The notes below the pieces were generated by a model. The model worked only from the letters and a program-made list of their open reading frames with translations. It was not told where the DNA came from and ran no database searches. From the IMG/VR virus record IMGVR_UViG_3300006868_000019: a DNA stretch of 64,000 nucleotides. The stretch is one strand, 5' to 3'. Positions within the stretch are counted from its first letter, which is position 1, and every line of letters begins with the position of its first letter. A program made the translations under genes and the position numbers. Origin of the DNA: an uncultured virus (IMG/VR IMGVR_UViG_3300006868_000019). Lineage: Duplodnaviria > Heunggongvirae > Uroviricota > Caudoviricetes. Below are positions 48,633-58,862 of this stretch, in pieces.

Positions 48633-50143
48633 TTTTTTATTACCCAATCTCCTATTACTAACATATTCAATGCCGTTCTCTTAAACGTTCTAATTGCATG
48701 TTGTGGTGTTTCAACAATAGGTTCCTGACAATTAAAACTTGTGTTTAACAACATAGGTATGCCTGTTATTTTGTAAAATTCATTTACTATATCATAAAAT
48801 TTTTTATTATCTTTTCTATTTATAGTCTGTATTCTAGCAGTATTATCAACGTGTGTAATGCCTGGTACTTTATCAGTTTTTACTTTACATATCCTAGACA
48901 TGTAAGGACTAGGACCACCTCTTGTATCAAAGTATTCTTGGTAATGTTCTTCTAATACTACAGGTGCAAATGGTCTAAAGTCTTCTCTCATTTTTATAGT
49001 GTGATTAATGATATTTTTTATATCAGGATTACGAGGGTCTGCTAATATGCTTCTATTACCTAATGCTCGATTACCACTTTCTGATTTGCCTTGAAACCAA
49101 CCTATAATAGAACCATCTGCTATTGCTTGTGCTACTTCTTTATAATTTACTTTTTCTTCACCTACATAATCATACTCCTTACCAGCATACAATTCTGATT
49201 TATGTACATTTTTATTTAAGACAAAATCAGCGTGTTGATATGCACCAATGGCTTGTCCCTCATCACCAACTGCAGGTGGTACAAATACATTGTTATAATG
49301 TTTAGTAAATTCTTCATTCATATAACCATTGTAAGCAACACCACCTGCAATACATAAGTTATCACAAGTCTTTAATGGATATACATGTTCTTTTATTTTA
49401 TCTAAAGTAAATCTTTGTAGTGTGTATGCTAAATCATCTACACCGTGCGTATCAACATCTATTTGCTTAAAGTGTTCTTGTTTCTTTTCAGTTATAGGAC
49501 CATCAAGTATAACTTCAAAACATGTATAGTAATATCTACTAAACTTACCATATCCTACTTTACCCATAAGTTTACTTGCACCTAATGTACCAAAACCTGT
49601 AAGACCAGACATGTGATTCCATAACCAACCTATAGGTAGTTTATCTGATAGATCAATTAAGTTTTGTTCTTTATCAAAAAATACACATCTAAATTTAGAA
49701 CCTATGCCATCTATCGCAAGTATATCAGATTTTTCATAACCTGAATTAAGAAACGTATAAGCAGCATGTGATTGATGATGATCTATAAAGTAAACATTAT
49801 CTTTGTAATAGTGATCCCATAGTTTTTTAGGATTGTAATTAAATATCTCATCATGCCCTTTTAATATTGTACTCCACAATTCTTCTTTTGATTTTCTAAT
49901 ACCACCAAACGTATATGTAAATGCTAGTATGGCGTCATCTGGTTTTTTAAAGTATTGTTCAGTAAACTCATCATTCAATCTATAATCACTTACGTTAAGT
50001 ATATCTGATTGATGAGCATATGCCTCAGCGTGGTAGGGTAGATTATGTTTAAATCTAGTTTCTCTTTCTCTTTGATTATGATACACACCATCATATGTAT
50101 TATGATCGTGTAGATTCAAAGCAACTGCAAATATTTTATCCAT
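48629..50143 (-). CDS. Carbamoyltransferase (NodU/CmcH/TobZ family)
   Basis: HD, HHQSHAA, DGIG, GGVAYN, GDEG, RALGNRSILADP, REDFRPFAP, HVDNTARIQT, LLNTSFN. Confidence 0.93.
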   Translation of the reverse strand: MDKIFAVALNLHDHNTYDGVYHNQRERETRFKHNLPYHAEAYAHQSDILNVSDYRLNDEFTEQYFKKPDDAILAFTYTFGGIRKSKEELWSTILKGHDEIFNYNPKKLWDHYYKDNVYFIDHHQSHAAYTFLNSGYEKSDILAIDGIGSKFRCVFFDKEQNLIDLSDKLPIGWLWNHMSGLTGFGTLGASKLMGKVGYGKFSRYYYTCFEVILDGPITEKKQEHFKQIDVDTHGVDDLAYTLQRFTLDKIKEHVYPLKTCDNLCIAGGVAYNGYMNEEFTKHYNNVFVPPAVGDEGQAIGAYQHADFVLNKNVHKSELYAGKEYDYVGEEKVNYKEVAQAIADGSIIGWFQGKSESGNRALGNRSILADPRNPDIKNIINHTIKMREDFRPFAPVVLEEHYQEYFDTRGGPSPYMSRICKVKTDKVPGITHVDNTARIQTINRKDNKKFYDIVNEFYKITGIPMLLNTSFNCQEPIVETPQHAIRTFKRTALNMLVIGDWVIKK

Positions 50144-50990
50144 TTAGCACACTCGCATATTTTGATAAAGGAAAATGACCTTTAGGCTCAACCCATTCCA
50201 TACATGTTTTACAATAGTTCTCATATTTAAATAATCTAAAATTCATCATCTTATCTATATTCTCCTGTGTTATGTCAAATGTTTTTGAGTGAATTATATT
50301 ATTGGCAAACTTCTTACTACAATGTACAAGTTTTCTTGTTTCAAAATTGATAACAGGAACCATAGGAAAAGCTGCACACATCTTACGATCTATTTCAGCA
50401 GCTTGTTTGTGTACGGCTGTGACATCATCTTTATTAGGTGTTCTACCATTAAATGATTTCCACATTGTATTTTTATGATTTAACTTTTTCATTTCTTCAG
50501 GAAACTTATCTTTGTATTTAAAGTAATTGGGTGTTTTTACACATAGATTATAATTGTTATAATCATTTGGTTGTATAAAACCGTAAGGTTCTAATTTATC
50601 TAAATTACCTAGTTTTTTAATACCGTCTTCGTAAAAATCTAATATGTTATGTTCAATATAAAGTATATCAGGATCTTTTAGTATATGTGGATATCTTTTA
50701 CGTACAAAAGAGTTTGATAGTACTGAACATACGTGATTAGGTCTGCTTTTAACTTCAGCAATTACATCATCTAAATTTTTAATTAGTCCTGGTTCACCAC
50801 CTAGAAGACAAACACGTATCTTATAGTTTTTTAAATAGTCTAGTGTTTGTTTTAGGAAGTCAATATCAACTGTCAAGTTTCTCATCTCTAAAGTATAACT
50901 TGTACAGTAATGACAATCTTTGTTACAAGACATAGACATAAAAAAATCTATGGCTAAATAATTCTGTTGTATTTCTTTTAACGTTATCAT
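50136..50990 (-). CDS. Radical SAM protein with C-terminal Cys cluster
   Basis: CNKDCHYC, LLGGEP; C-terminal C...HC...CKTC. Confidence 0.85.
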   Translation of the reverse strand: MITLKEIQQNYLAIDFFMSMSCNKDCHYCTSYTLEMRNLTVDIDFLKQTLDYLKNYKIRVCLLGGEPGLIKNLDDVIAEVKSRPNHVCSVLSNSFVRKRYPHILKDPDILYIEHNILDFYEDGIKKLGNLDKLEPYGFIQPNDYNNYNLCVKTPNYFKYKDKFPEEMKKLNHKNTMWKSFNGRTPNKDDVTAVHKQAAEIDRKMCAAFPMVPVINFETRKLVHCSKKFANNIIHSKTFDITQENIDKMMNFRLFKYENYCKTCMEWVEPKGHFPLSKYASVLNG

Positions 50991-51307
50991 CTATTATCAA
51001 ATTTAGTAAAAAATAATTTATTAAATGCTATTAGTAATTGTTCCTTTGCTAATGTTTTAAATCTTGTTTGTTTAAATAAAAAGTCTTCTCTTTCATAAGC
51101 CTTTTCTATAAGATACTCGTAAATATCTTCATTGTGTTTTTCTAGTAATGCTCTATCTAAAATTATATCATCACCAAACAACCACTTTGATCTCTTTACA
51201 AATTTAAGCAACCTTTGAGGTATCTTATCTGTTATATCAATCATATTATTGTTATCATCTACATAACAAAAACTAGTGACATTTGGACTTATAATTATTT
51301 CATTCAT
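50987..51307 (-). CDS. Hypothetical protein
   Basis: 106 aa, ATGA-coupled within the operon. Confidence 0.65.
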   Translation of the reverse strand: MNEIIISPNVTSFCYVDDNNNMIDITDKIPQRLLKFVKRSKWLFGDDIILDRALLEKHNEDIYEYLIEKAYEREDFLFKQTRFKTLAKEQLLIAFNKLFFTKFDNR

Positions 51308-52359
51308 ATTGTTGCCATTATAATATTACATGTATTATCCACCTCATTATCCGTTAAATATGGATGAATAGGTAATGTTAGTATTGTATCACATATTAAC
51401 TGGGAATTCAAGCAGTTATCTTTTCTATGTATGTGTGTTTTATACAAGGGGTTTTCTGATATAGGTATAGGATAATGTACATTAGCGTTAAGTCTTTTCT
51501 TTAGTAAATCCCTTGTTTCTTTGTTTTCTAATCTTATGACGTATTTGTGATAACAATGATTTACAACCTCATCAACATGTGGTATAATTACAGGTAGATT
51601 TTTTAAATTGTTAGTATATCGTTTTGCAATTCTAAAACGTTTATCTTGCCATTCGTGCATTTTATCCATTCTATGACTAATAAACTCAGCATTGATTGCT
51701 AACATTTTAGAGTTGTATCCTAACACATCACCGTTGCCGTGTCTTCTTACTTTTCTTAAAAATTCTGCTTGTTGTTTACCATCTAGTAAAATAGCACCAC
51801 CACCTGATATACCTGCAACAGGTTTATTTGCATTGAAACTCAATGTTGCAATATCGCCAAATGTACCTGCATATTGACCATTTCTACTTGCACCAAATGA
51901 TTGACAGGCGTCCTCTATGAGTGGGATGTTTTTTTCTTTACAAAAGTTTTGTATTTCTGTCATGTCAGATATATTACCAAATAAATGAGGATATACAATT
52001 GCTTTTGTTTTGTCTGAATACATACGTTTAATACTATCAATTGACATATGATTTGTTTTTGGATCAACATCACAAAATACGGTTGTTGCACCATTCATTG
52101 CTACACATGACGCTGAAGATATCCATGAGAAGTTTGTAACTAACACTTCATCGCCAGGTTTTATAGCATATGCCATAAGAGCATATTGTAAAGCGTCTGT
52201 ACCACTAGCACAAGCAACGACATACTTTCTATTGATAAGTTTTTGTATTTTCTTTTCTAAAAACTCAATGTTTCTTTCATTTTCTTTTTGCATAACATTA
52301 TCAAAAAGTTTTAAATATTCGTCTTTGTTTGCTAGATAATCTCTATCCCAACCTGTCAT
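51304..52359 (-). CDS. DegT/DnrJ/EryC1/StrS PLP-dependent aminotransferase
   Basis: SGTDAL, IEDACQSFGA, SFNANK (PLP lysine), GGA, GYNS, LPIHPYL. Confidence 0.93.
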   Translation of the reverse strand: MTGWDRDYLANKDEYLKLFDNVMQKENERNIEFLEKKIQKLINRKYVVACASGTDALQYALMAYAIKPGDEVLVTNFSWISSASCVAMNGATTVFCDVDPKTNHMSIDSIKRMYSDKTKAIVYPHLFGNISDMTEIQNFCKEKNIPLIEDACQSFGASRNGQYAGTFGDIATLSFNANKPVAGISGGGAILLDGKQQAEFLRKVRRHGNGDVLGYNSKMLAINAEFISHRMDKMHEWQDKRFRIAKRYTNNLKNLPVIIPHVDEVVNHCYHKYVIRLENKETRDLLKKRLNANVHYPIPISENPLYKTHIHRKDNCLNSQLICDTILTLPIHPYLTDNEVDNTCNIIMATI

Positions 52360-53074
52360 ATAATAACCTCGCTATTTCTTCATGCCCTTTTTTACTAGGG
52401 TGTTCATCAATTTTACTTATAGTATATCCATTTATATCTAAAAATTTAAAAAAATGTAATTTTATTAAAATATTTAAATTATTAGCTTTTGAATATCCTA
52501 TAAAATTATCAATATCAATAAATTTTTCGTATTCATCTATTAATGTTCTTATGTATCTTCTAATAATTTTTTGATTTTTTAAAGGTTCATATCTAGGCAA
52601 ACCTTTAAGTTGATCTGCTTCTGATCTTTTAAGTCCTGCTAACCAAGGTTCAAACAAACCAATCATTTGAAATTGTTTGTAAGGTATGTTATACCTTTTA
52701 CATACATTTTGTAAAGTTATGTAACCTAGTAATGATTCTCTTACCCAACCATAAATATCGCCAGGTCTTTTTATTCTACTATTAAACCATTTTGATATAG
52801 GCATACCATTCTGCCAATCATCTCTATTTGATTGTGACCATGCAGCCATAACAAGACCTATCTCATCTTTAGGTGTTCTTTCTATTGTGTCTAATAAAGT
52901 TTGCAATATATACCTGTTACCTGCACCGTTAGTTGCTAAATTAATTACTTCCATATTCAATTTCTTTCCAAGTAGTTCAGGCCATTTTGACCACGAAGTA
53001 TCCATATCAGGATACGCTGAAGAAATATATTCTTTAGCTGTATAACTACAACCACTTACTATTAATTTTTTCAT
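52343..53074 (-). CDS. SGNH-like protein
   Basis: LIVSGCSY, WP..L, NLA..GAGN..I, WS...R, DEHP...GH..IA. Confidence 0.6.
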   Translation of the reverse strand: MKKLIVSGCSYTAKEYISSAYPDMDTSWSKWPELLGKKLNMEVINLATNGAGNRYILQTLLDTIERTPKDEIGLVMAAWSQSNRDDWQNGMPISKWFNSRIKRPGDIYGWVRESLLGYITLQNVCKRYNIPYKQFQMIGLFEPWLAGLKRSEADQLKGLPRYEPLKNQKIIRRYIRTLIDEYEKFIDIDNFIGYSKANNLNILIKLHFFKFLDINGYTISKIDEHPSKKGHEEIARLLYDRLG

Positions 53075-53906
53075 ATAATATTTCCGCTATTCTCACTTGT
53101 CCTAGTGCGTTAGGGTGTCTGTCCAATTCAGATACTCTATGTTTTTCTTTTAATAGACTTTCAATAGTGTATCCTTCTAATTTTTGATCTGTGGGCCAAC
53201 CTAAAAAATTATCTTTAAACTTATATCTGCTACTTTTTAAAGTTTTTAAATAAGTCATCATCATGGTATCACGTACATATTCTATTCCATGTTTTTGCAT
53301 TTCCGCAAATTGTTGAAATTTATCTAACTTTGCTTGCATGTCATTTTCATTTAAAGCTGAATAATCTATACCGTTTGTTATTTCCCAAATATGACCTCTA
53401 ATTAAACTTATCATTTGAACTTGATTGTAAAAAAGTGCTTGATCGGCAACTCTAGTTTTTTGTTGTTCCATTAAATTTTGAAACGCATATTGGTATCTTA
53501 TAGTTTTATTAATCCAATATTTTATATCTCCTTTTGTATCCGTTCTAATATTATTCCAATTTGTAACATTTTTTATTATATCTCTATACTTATTGTTAGC
53601 AAAGGCTTTATCATTTCTCGTACCTGTCCAACTAGATGTTTTTTCCCAATCACGTCTTGGTGCTGATGACCATGCAGCTATAACATGACCTACTTTATTA
53701 ATATCAATTTCTGTTAAATAATCTGATAAAGAACTATAGATATATTCATTTCCCATTCCTGACTTGCAAAGATTAACTGGTTCCATATTCATTTTCTCTG
53801 CTAAAATTTCAGGCCATTTAAGCCACGTAGTATCCATTGAGGGATGTTGCATAGAAATAAAATGAGGATCACCCCAACTACAACCACTAACTACAAGTTT
53901 CTTCAT
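53046..53906 (-). CDS. SGNH-like protein, paralog of the downstream gene
   Basis: LVVSGCSW, WP.IL, NL.KSG.GN.YI, WS...R, DRHPN..G...IA. Confidence 0.6.
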   Translation of the reverse strand: MKKLVVSGCSWGDPHFISMQHPSMDTTWLKWPEILAEKMNMEPVNLCKSGMGNEYIYSSLSDYLTEIDINKVGHVIAAWSSAPRRDWEKTSSWTGTRNDKAFANNKYRDIIKNVTNWNNIRTDTKGDIKYWINKTIRYQYAFQNLMEQQKTRVADQALFYNQVQMISLIRGHIWEITNGIDYSALNENDMQAKLDKFQQFAEMQKHGIEYVRDTMMMTYLKTLKSSRYKFKDNFLGWPTDQKLEGYTIESLLKEKHRVSELDRHPNALGQVRIAEILYEKINSKWL

Positions 53907-54277
53907 ACTTTATTTTTTACTATTGATTTACCTTTTTCATCTAAATGATGTTCTATTTTTATATTATCATCTGGTCTAATTAAACAATGATACAGACAAT
54001 TTTTAGGCACTTTACTATGATCGCCTGCCTCACCGTCTTTCATAATTTGTTCAAACTCTCTCCATTCATCTGACAATACTATTTCATCTATGTTTTCTGC
54101 CTCACTTACTTTACTTACTTTTAACATTTTTTGAAATAATGGTGTGCTTAATGTCCATTCTTGGTCGCACCAACAACAAGGTAATAGATGACCTCTATTA
54201 CTCATAGCCATTTGCATTTTGCCGTTCATACATTGAGCAACAAATTTACCTTCTAGTTTATCTTTTTTATCTGACAT
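53903..54277 (-). CDS. Stand-alone SPASM/twitch-like Fe-S domain protein
   Basis: C...RGHLLPCCWCD...S.EW..F...CLYHC; paralog of 21180-21503. Confidence 0.65.
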   Translation of the reverse strand: MSDKKDKLEGKFVAQCMNGKMQMAMSNRGHLLPCCWCDQEWTLSTPLFQKMLKVSKVSEAENIDEIVLSDEWREFEQIMKDGEAGDHSKVPKNCLYHCLIRPDDNIKIEHHLDEKGKSIVKNKV

Positions 54278-54923
54278 TAGGTCTTACGTATCCTTTATAT
54301 CCTAAATTGTATTCTTTTGATTGAGGTCTTAATGGGTCATCTTCTCCCATCCACCTTGACGAGTGTAACACTATGAACATTAAACCCTCATCTATTGCCA
54401 TTTGTTTCGCCTTTTCTAAATTGTGTTCATTGTAACTAAACACTATAAACTGCCAAGATGGCGTTTGTTTTAAGTGTTTCTTTGCTTCTAACATAACTTC
54501 ATATAATTTTTTACCGTCTTGGTTAACACGATACATGTTACTTTCTTCAGGTAAACCATCTATTGCAAATATCCATTTTGCTTTAGGGTGTGCCTTAAAC
54601 GCTTGTACGTACCAACTTTTAGATTTGGCAGATGAGGCATTATGTACTGTAACTTGTATATCTTTATTATACAGGTACTCTAATATCTCAACAAACTTTG
54701 GATGATGTACAGGATCAGATAACTGACCACAAAAATTAAATGATGAAAAATAATCAGATAACTTTCTTATCTCGTCCATTGTAGCATCCCGACCATAAAC
54801 TTTTCTGCCTTCAAGTGTAAAGTTAGTTTGTCTTTGACATCTCATACACTCTAAAGGACACCTATTGCTTATGTCAATATTTATTCCTTTCTTTGATCTT
54901 CTATAAAATGCTATATCACTCAT
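54267..54923 (-). CDS. Radical SAM protein, paralog of 20425-21183
   Basis: CPLECMRC, FCGQLSDP, FAIDGL, WQFIVF.YNEH. Confidence 0.88.
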   Translation of the reverse strand: MSDIAFYRRSKKGINIDISNRCPLECMRCQRQTNFTLEGRKVYGRDATMDEIRKLSDYFSSFNFCGQLSDPVHHPKFVEILEYLYNKDIQVTVHNASSAKSKSWYVQAFKAHPKAKWIFAIDGLPEESNMYRVNQDGKKLYEVMLEAKKHLKQTPSWQFIVFSYNEHNLEKAKQMAIDEGLMFIVLHSSRWMGEDDPLRPQSKEYNLGYKGYVRPNVR

Positions 54924-55783
54924 CTTAAATGTTTTAGTAAATTTTCTATTTTATCTTTTTGTTCAGTTAAACATTTTGCAGGTCTTTTCCAATATACAGG
55001 TCCACCATCTTTAATAGATTTATCTCTTAAATAAATCACTTCTTTTCCTAACCATTTACATTCTTGTATAATTCTAGGTGCAGGATCAAAGTTAGGTTTA
55101 GTGTAAACATAAGTGTCAAATAAACCTAATAGATTTTTAACAGGTACGAATACATGATTATGTTTTTGACTTATGTACTTATCTTTGTATGCTATGATAC
55201 CATGTGACGTATAATTTTTTATATGTTTTTCTACTTCTCTATAATATGTTTTATTTGTTCCTAAGAATAGATATTTAAATTGTATGTTATCTTCTATAGG
55301 TTTGTATATACTAAAGTTTATTATTTTTTCAAATTGTTCGCCTACACCATTTACATATACCTCATGGTCGCATAAGTCAATTACTTCTTTGGGTTCATAA
55401 AAATCTAGTGCGATAGGATATTCTTTAACATGGTTTTCTGAATATACAGATATAAGTTTATTACTAAACAAACTGTGTAATGTTAATTTTTGTTCTTCAG
55501 TATAACTATTGTAATCAAGGTATGCAAGTGTTAACATACTTCTACCCATAATCAAAGTTACGTCATCTGACCGTGGCATATAGTCATTAAACACTATGTT
55601 TTCAAACTTTGTATAACACTCATTTATTGCGTCAATGTAATCTTGTATTATGTGTTTTTTATTGGGTATAACAATCAGTTTGGCACTTATACCTAGGTCG
55701 TTGAGAAAACAACAATGTTCATAACTGTAATGAAACAGACCATCACCTGGTTTACTTGTACATACTATATTTACATTTTTCAT
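54920..55783 (-). CDS. Hypothetical protein, possibly a degenerate GT-B glycosyltransferase
   Basis: FDTYVY....DPAPR.I.EC...GK.VI resembles the GT-B C-terminal motif. Confidence 0.45.
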   Translation of the reverse strand: MKNVNIVCTSKPGDGLFHYSYEHCCFLNDLGISAKLIVIPNKKHIIQDYIDAINECYTKFENIVFNDYMPRSDDVTLIMGRSMLTLAYLDYNSYTEEQKLTLHSLFSNKLISVYSENHVKEYPIALDFYEPKEVIDLCDHEVYVNGVGEQFEKIINFSIYKPIEDNIQFKYLFLGTNKTYYREVEKHIKNYTSHGIIAYKDKYISQKHNHVFVPVKNLLGLFDTYVYTKPNFDPAPRIIQECKWLGKEVIYLRDKSIKDGGPVYWKRPAKCLTEQKDKIENLLKHLR

Positions 55784-55797
55784 AATATATTATAACA

Positions 55798-55813
55798 TAT
55801 TTATGTATAAATA
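55798..55813. promoter_or_regulatory. Back-to-back T4-type late promoters
   Basis: TATAAATA on + (55806-55813) and CATAAATA on - (55805-55798), between divergent operons. Confidence 0.6.
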
Positions 55814-55850
55814 TCAATAGAGGGTAGAGTAGAGAATTAAGGAATGAAGC

Positions 55851-57701
55851 TTGAAAAAGGTATATTTTACTCAAATAAACAATCTAATTGCTGACGCTAT
55901 CTTTTTACCGTTAAGTGTTGCTTACATATGGGAATATTGTAAGACACAGGTAACAGATTGGGAATTAGGAGACATCTTCTTTGAAAGAGAGTCCGTAGAG
56001 GACTATCTAAAAAAGATTGACAATCCTGACATCTTAGCATTATCAACATACGTGTGGAACTGGGACATAACTTGTCAGTTAGCAAGAGCAGTCAAAAAGA
56101 AATATCCTAATTGCAAAATAGTAATGGGTGGACCACAAGTGCCATTCAAACAAAGTTGGTTAGAAGACAATACTGACCTATGCGATATTATAGTTACATA
56201 TGCAGGTGAAAGAGCATTTGCTGAAATACTAAAAGGTAACTATACGTACCCAGGCGTAATGACAAAAGACTCTTATACGCCACCTAAACCAGATAAAGAA
56301 TTAAACGACATACCAAGTCCTTATTTAAGTGGGTTGATGGATAGTCTTATGCAACCTGGTAAACAATATAGTGCTATCATAGAAACTAATAGAGGTTGTC
56401 CATATAGTTGTTCTTTCTGCGATCAACAAGATTTATATTACAATAAGATTGCCATGTTTGATTATGATAGAGTAATAGGTGAGATAGATTGGATTGTAAA
56501 AAATAAAATTGACTTCTTATACTTTGGTGATAGTAATGTAGGTATGTTCAATAGAGATGTTGACTTTATAAGACACATCGCTAAACGTAGAAATGAAACT
56601 GGTTATCCTAGACAGATAGATTATAGTACAGCAAAACAACAACCAAAACGTATTGTTGAGTTGGGTGAAATACTTAATAAAGAAGCAAAGATAAGACGTG
56701 GTGTTACTATTGCTTTACAAAGTATGAATCCTAAAACATTAAAAGCAATCAAAAGAATTAATCTTGCAAATGAAAAATTAGAACAAATTGTTGGCGACTA
56801 TAATAAAGCAGGTGTTGATAATTATTGTGAACTAATTGTAGGTTTACCTGAAGAAACATTAGACACATGGATTGAAGGTATAGGTAAGATACTAGAATTA
56901 GGAAGTGACCATGCGTTAACAGTACACCCTTTGAGTATTGTACCTAATACTCCTTTTTCTGATCCTGAATATAAAAACAAATACGGATACAAATATACAA
57001 AGACAGCTGCACCTGCAGGTGGTAATACTTATCCTAAAGATAGTAATGGTGAGATTGATTATGTTGCATATGAAAGTAAAAGTTTTAGTAAACAAGATTA
57101 TATAGACATGTATTTTTTCGCTAAAGGTCTTGTGATACCTCATCACTATCATGGTGTTAGTCAAGTTGCAGCCACATATCTTAACCGAGAACACAATGTA
57201 CCATTTATAGATTTTTATAAAAAACTATTTGAGTATAGTAGAAATGGTAATGGCATACTAAATGAAGAATATAAAAATCACACAAACAGTTTGAAACAAA
57301 GTTTATTTGAAGATAAGACATGGGGTAGAACTATTGAAGGTGGCGATGATTTTCATATACAAGATAATGGTGCAACAGCTTCTTTCTTATATAAAAACAT
57401 AGACAAGGTACATAAAGAAGTTATAGACATATGTAAGAAAGAATATAATGTAGATGTATCAGAAGCGTGCCAGTTTAACAAGCACATTATTGACACATAC
57501 GAAAGAGATGATACAGAAAAACAATTTGATAAGAATTGGTATAGTTGGTTCTACGATAACAAACCATTAGTCGCTGTTAATAATATCGTATCTGTAGCCG
57601 TTTATAAATATAAAGATATAGTAGACCACTCAAAGCATTTATTCTGGTGGGGAAGAAAAGCCAAGAGATGTTTTTTGAAATCAAAGGAGATTATGTTATG
57701 A
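55851..57701 (+). CDS. Cobalamin-binding-domain radical SAM protein
   Basis: LPLSVAY, STYVWN, GGP, IPSPYL, ETNRGCPYSCSFC, DSNVG, ELIVGLPEET. Confidence 0.9.
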   Translation: MKKVYFTQINNLIADAIFLPLSVAYIWEYCKTQVTDWELGDIFFERESVEDYLKKIDNPDILALSTYVWNWDITCQLARAVKKKYPNCKIVMGGPQVPFKQSWLEDNTDLCDIIVTYAGERAFAEILKGNYTYPGVMTKDSYTPPKPDKELNDIPSPYLSGLMDSLMQPGKQYSAIIETNRGCPYSCSFCDQQDLYYNKIAMFDYDRVIGEIDWIVKNKIDFLYFGDSNVGMFNRDVDFIRHIAKRRNETGYPRQIDYSTAKQQPKRIVELGEILNKEAKIRRGVTIALQSMNPKTLKAIKRINLANEKLEQIVGDYNKAGVDNYCELIVGLPEETLDTWIEGIGKILELGSDHALTVHPLSIVPNTPFSDPEYKNKYGYKYTKTAAPAGGNTYPKDSNGEIDYVAYESKSFSKQDYIDMYFFAKGLVIPHHYHGVSQVAATYLNREHNVPFIDFYKKLFEYSRNGNGILNEEYKNHTNSLKQSLFEDKTWGRTIEGGDDFHIQDNGATASFLYKNIDKVHKEVIDICKKEYNVDVSEACQFNKHIIDTYERDDTEKQFDKNWYSWFYDNKPLVAVNNIVSVAVYKYKDIVDHSKHLFWWGRKAKRCFLKSKEIML

Positions 57702-58282
57702 TAAGAGTTGGCGATATAATACCAGATATAAAAACTATGCACAAAGATAGTGCAGCCACAAACTGGTATTCTACACACGAATTATTTAAAGATAAAAAGA
57801 TATTACTAATAGGATTGCCTGGCGTATTTCTTGTTGAGTATGCAGCCACACATTTAAAAGCATACGACTTCTATTACAGCAAGATAAGAGAACTAGGTAT
57901 TGATGAAGTATATTTTACAAGTGTTGATAATTGTTACGTACAAAACGCATATCACAAATCAGAAAATTTATCGTACCTAAAAAACTTACCTGACCCTAAT
58001 GGTGATTGGGCCACATCTATAGGTATGTTAGAGAGTATGAGTAAAGAAGGATTAGGAAATTGTAGTCATAGATACGCTATGATTATAGACAATCTAATTA
58101 TGAAACATTGTAAGTATGAAGACTTTACACACAACCCTATGACGTGTTTTCAAGTATCAGACGCTGATACAATGATTAAGTATTTAGAAATTATACAAAC
58201 AAATTATGAAAGGTTTAATGATGACGCCAGAGATAAGGTTGACGTCCTTGGAAGAAACAAGATCAGCACCGTATTGTCGTGA
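57698..58282 (+). CDS. Peroxiredoxin (Prx5/redoxin) fold protein lacking the peroxidatic Cys
   Basis: VGD.IPD, LF.DKK....LPG.F....HL, GIDEVY..SV, LPDPNG, GLG..S.RYAMII. Confidence 0.75.
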   Translation: MIRVGDIIPDIKTMHKDSAATNWYSTHELFKDKKILLIGLPGVFLVEYAATHLKAYDFYYSKIRELGIDEVYFTSVDNCYVQNAYHKSENLSYLKNLPDPNGDWATSIGMLESMSKEGLGNCSHRYAMIIDNLIMKHCKYEDFTHNPMTCFQVSDADTMIKYLEIIQTNYERFNDDARDKVDVLGRNKISTVLS

Positions 58283-58862
58283 GCTAAAAACTCTTTGGTA
58301 CGATAGAGAATATCTATTAAATCATTTAGAGAATATAGACGAAAACAATTGGTATCTGTTTGATTGTGGTCATATAAGATGGACTGTACAAGAGGCATTT
58401 AATGCTAGACGAGAATGTAAAAACTATCCTTTTAGTGAGTTTCATTATGAGTTGATAAATCTTTTTACACCTGCAATATCTTTTGATACTGTATTGTACA
58501 CACAAACAGCAATAGGTGGTGCACCACCACACCAAGATAGAAACAGACCTACTGCTTTAAACTTTGCAATACGAGGTGAGTTTAGTGATACAAGTCCACA
58601 AGTTTTCTATGATAGTTTTGATAGAAGTACAGAAAAGTATAGAATGACATATGAGAAAAATGATATTACAAATGAATTTGCACCTTGGATATTTAAAGGT
58701 CCTGAAATACATGGTGTAGAAAACAAGACAGAAAAAAATAGAATTATTATAACTTGTGCTTGGCGACATAATAGTTATGAAGATATAGAAAAAAGATTAC
58801 TAGATGGTACGTTAGTAAACTGGGAACAGAATGAAAAAAACAAAAGGATAAAATTTATATGA
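58218..58862 (+). CDS. 2OG-Fe(II) oxygenase-like (DSBH) protein
   Basis: PPHQD...ALNF...HGVEN...R. Confidence 0.6.
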   Translation: MMTPEIRLTSLEETRSAPYCRELKTLWYDREYLLNHLENIDENNWYLFDCGHIRWTVQEAFNARRECKNYPFSEFHYELINLFTPAISFDTVLYTQTAIGGAPPHQDRNRPTALNFAIRGEFSDTSPQVFYDSFDRSTEKYRMTYEKNDITNEFAPWIFKGPEIHGVENKTEKNRIIITCAWRHNSYEDIEKRLLDGTLVNWEQNEKNKRIKFI

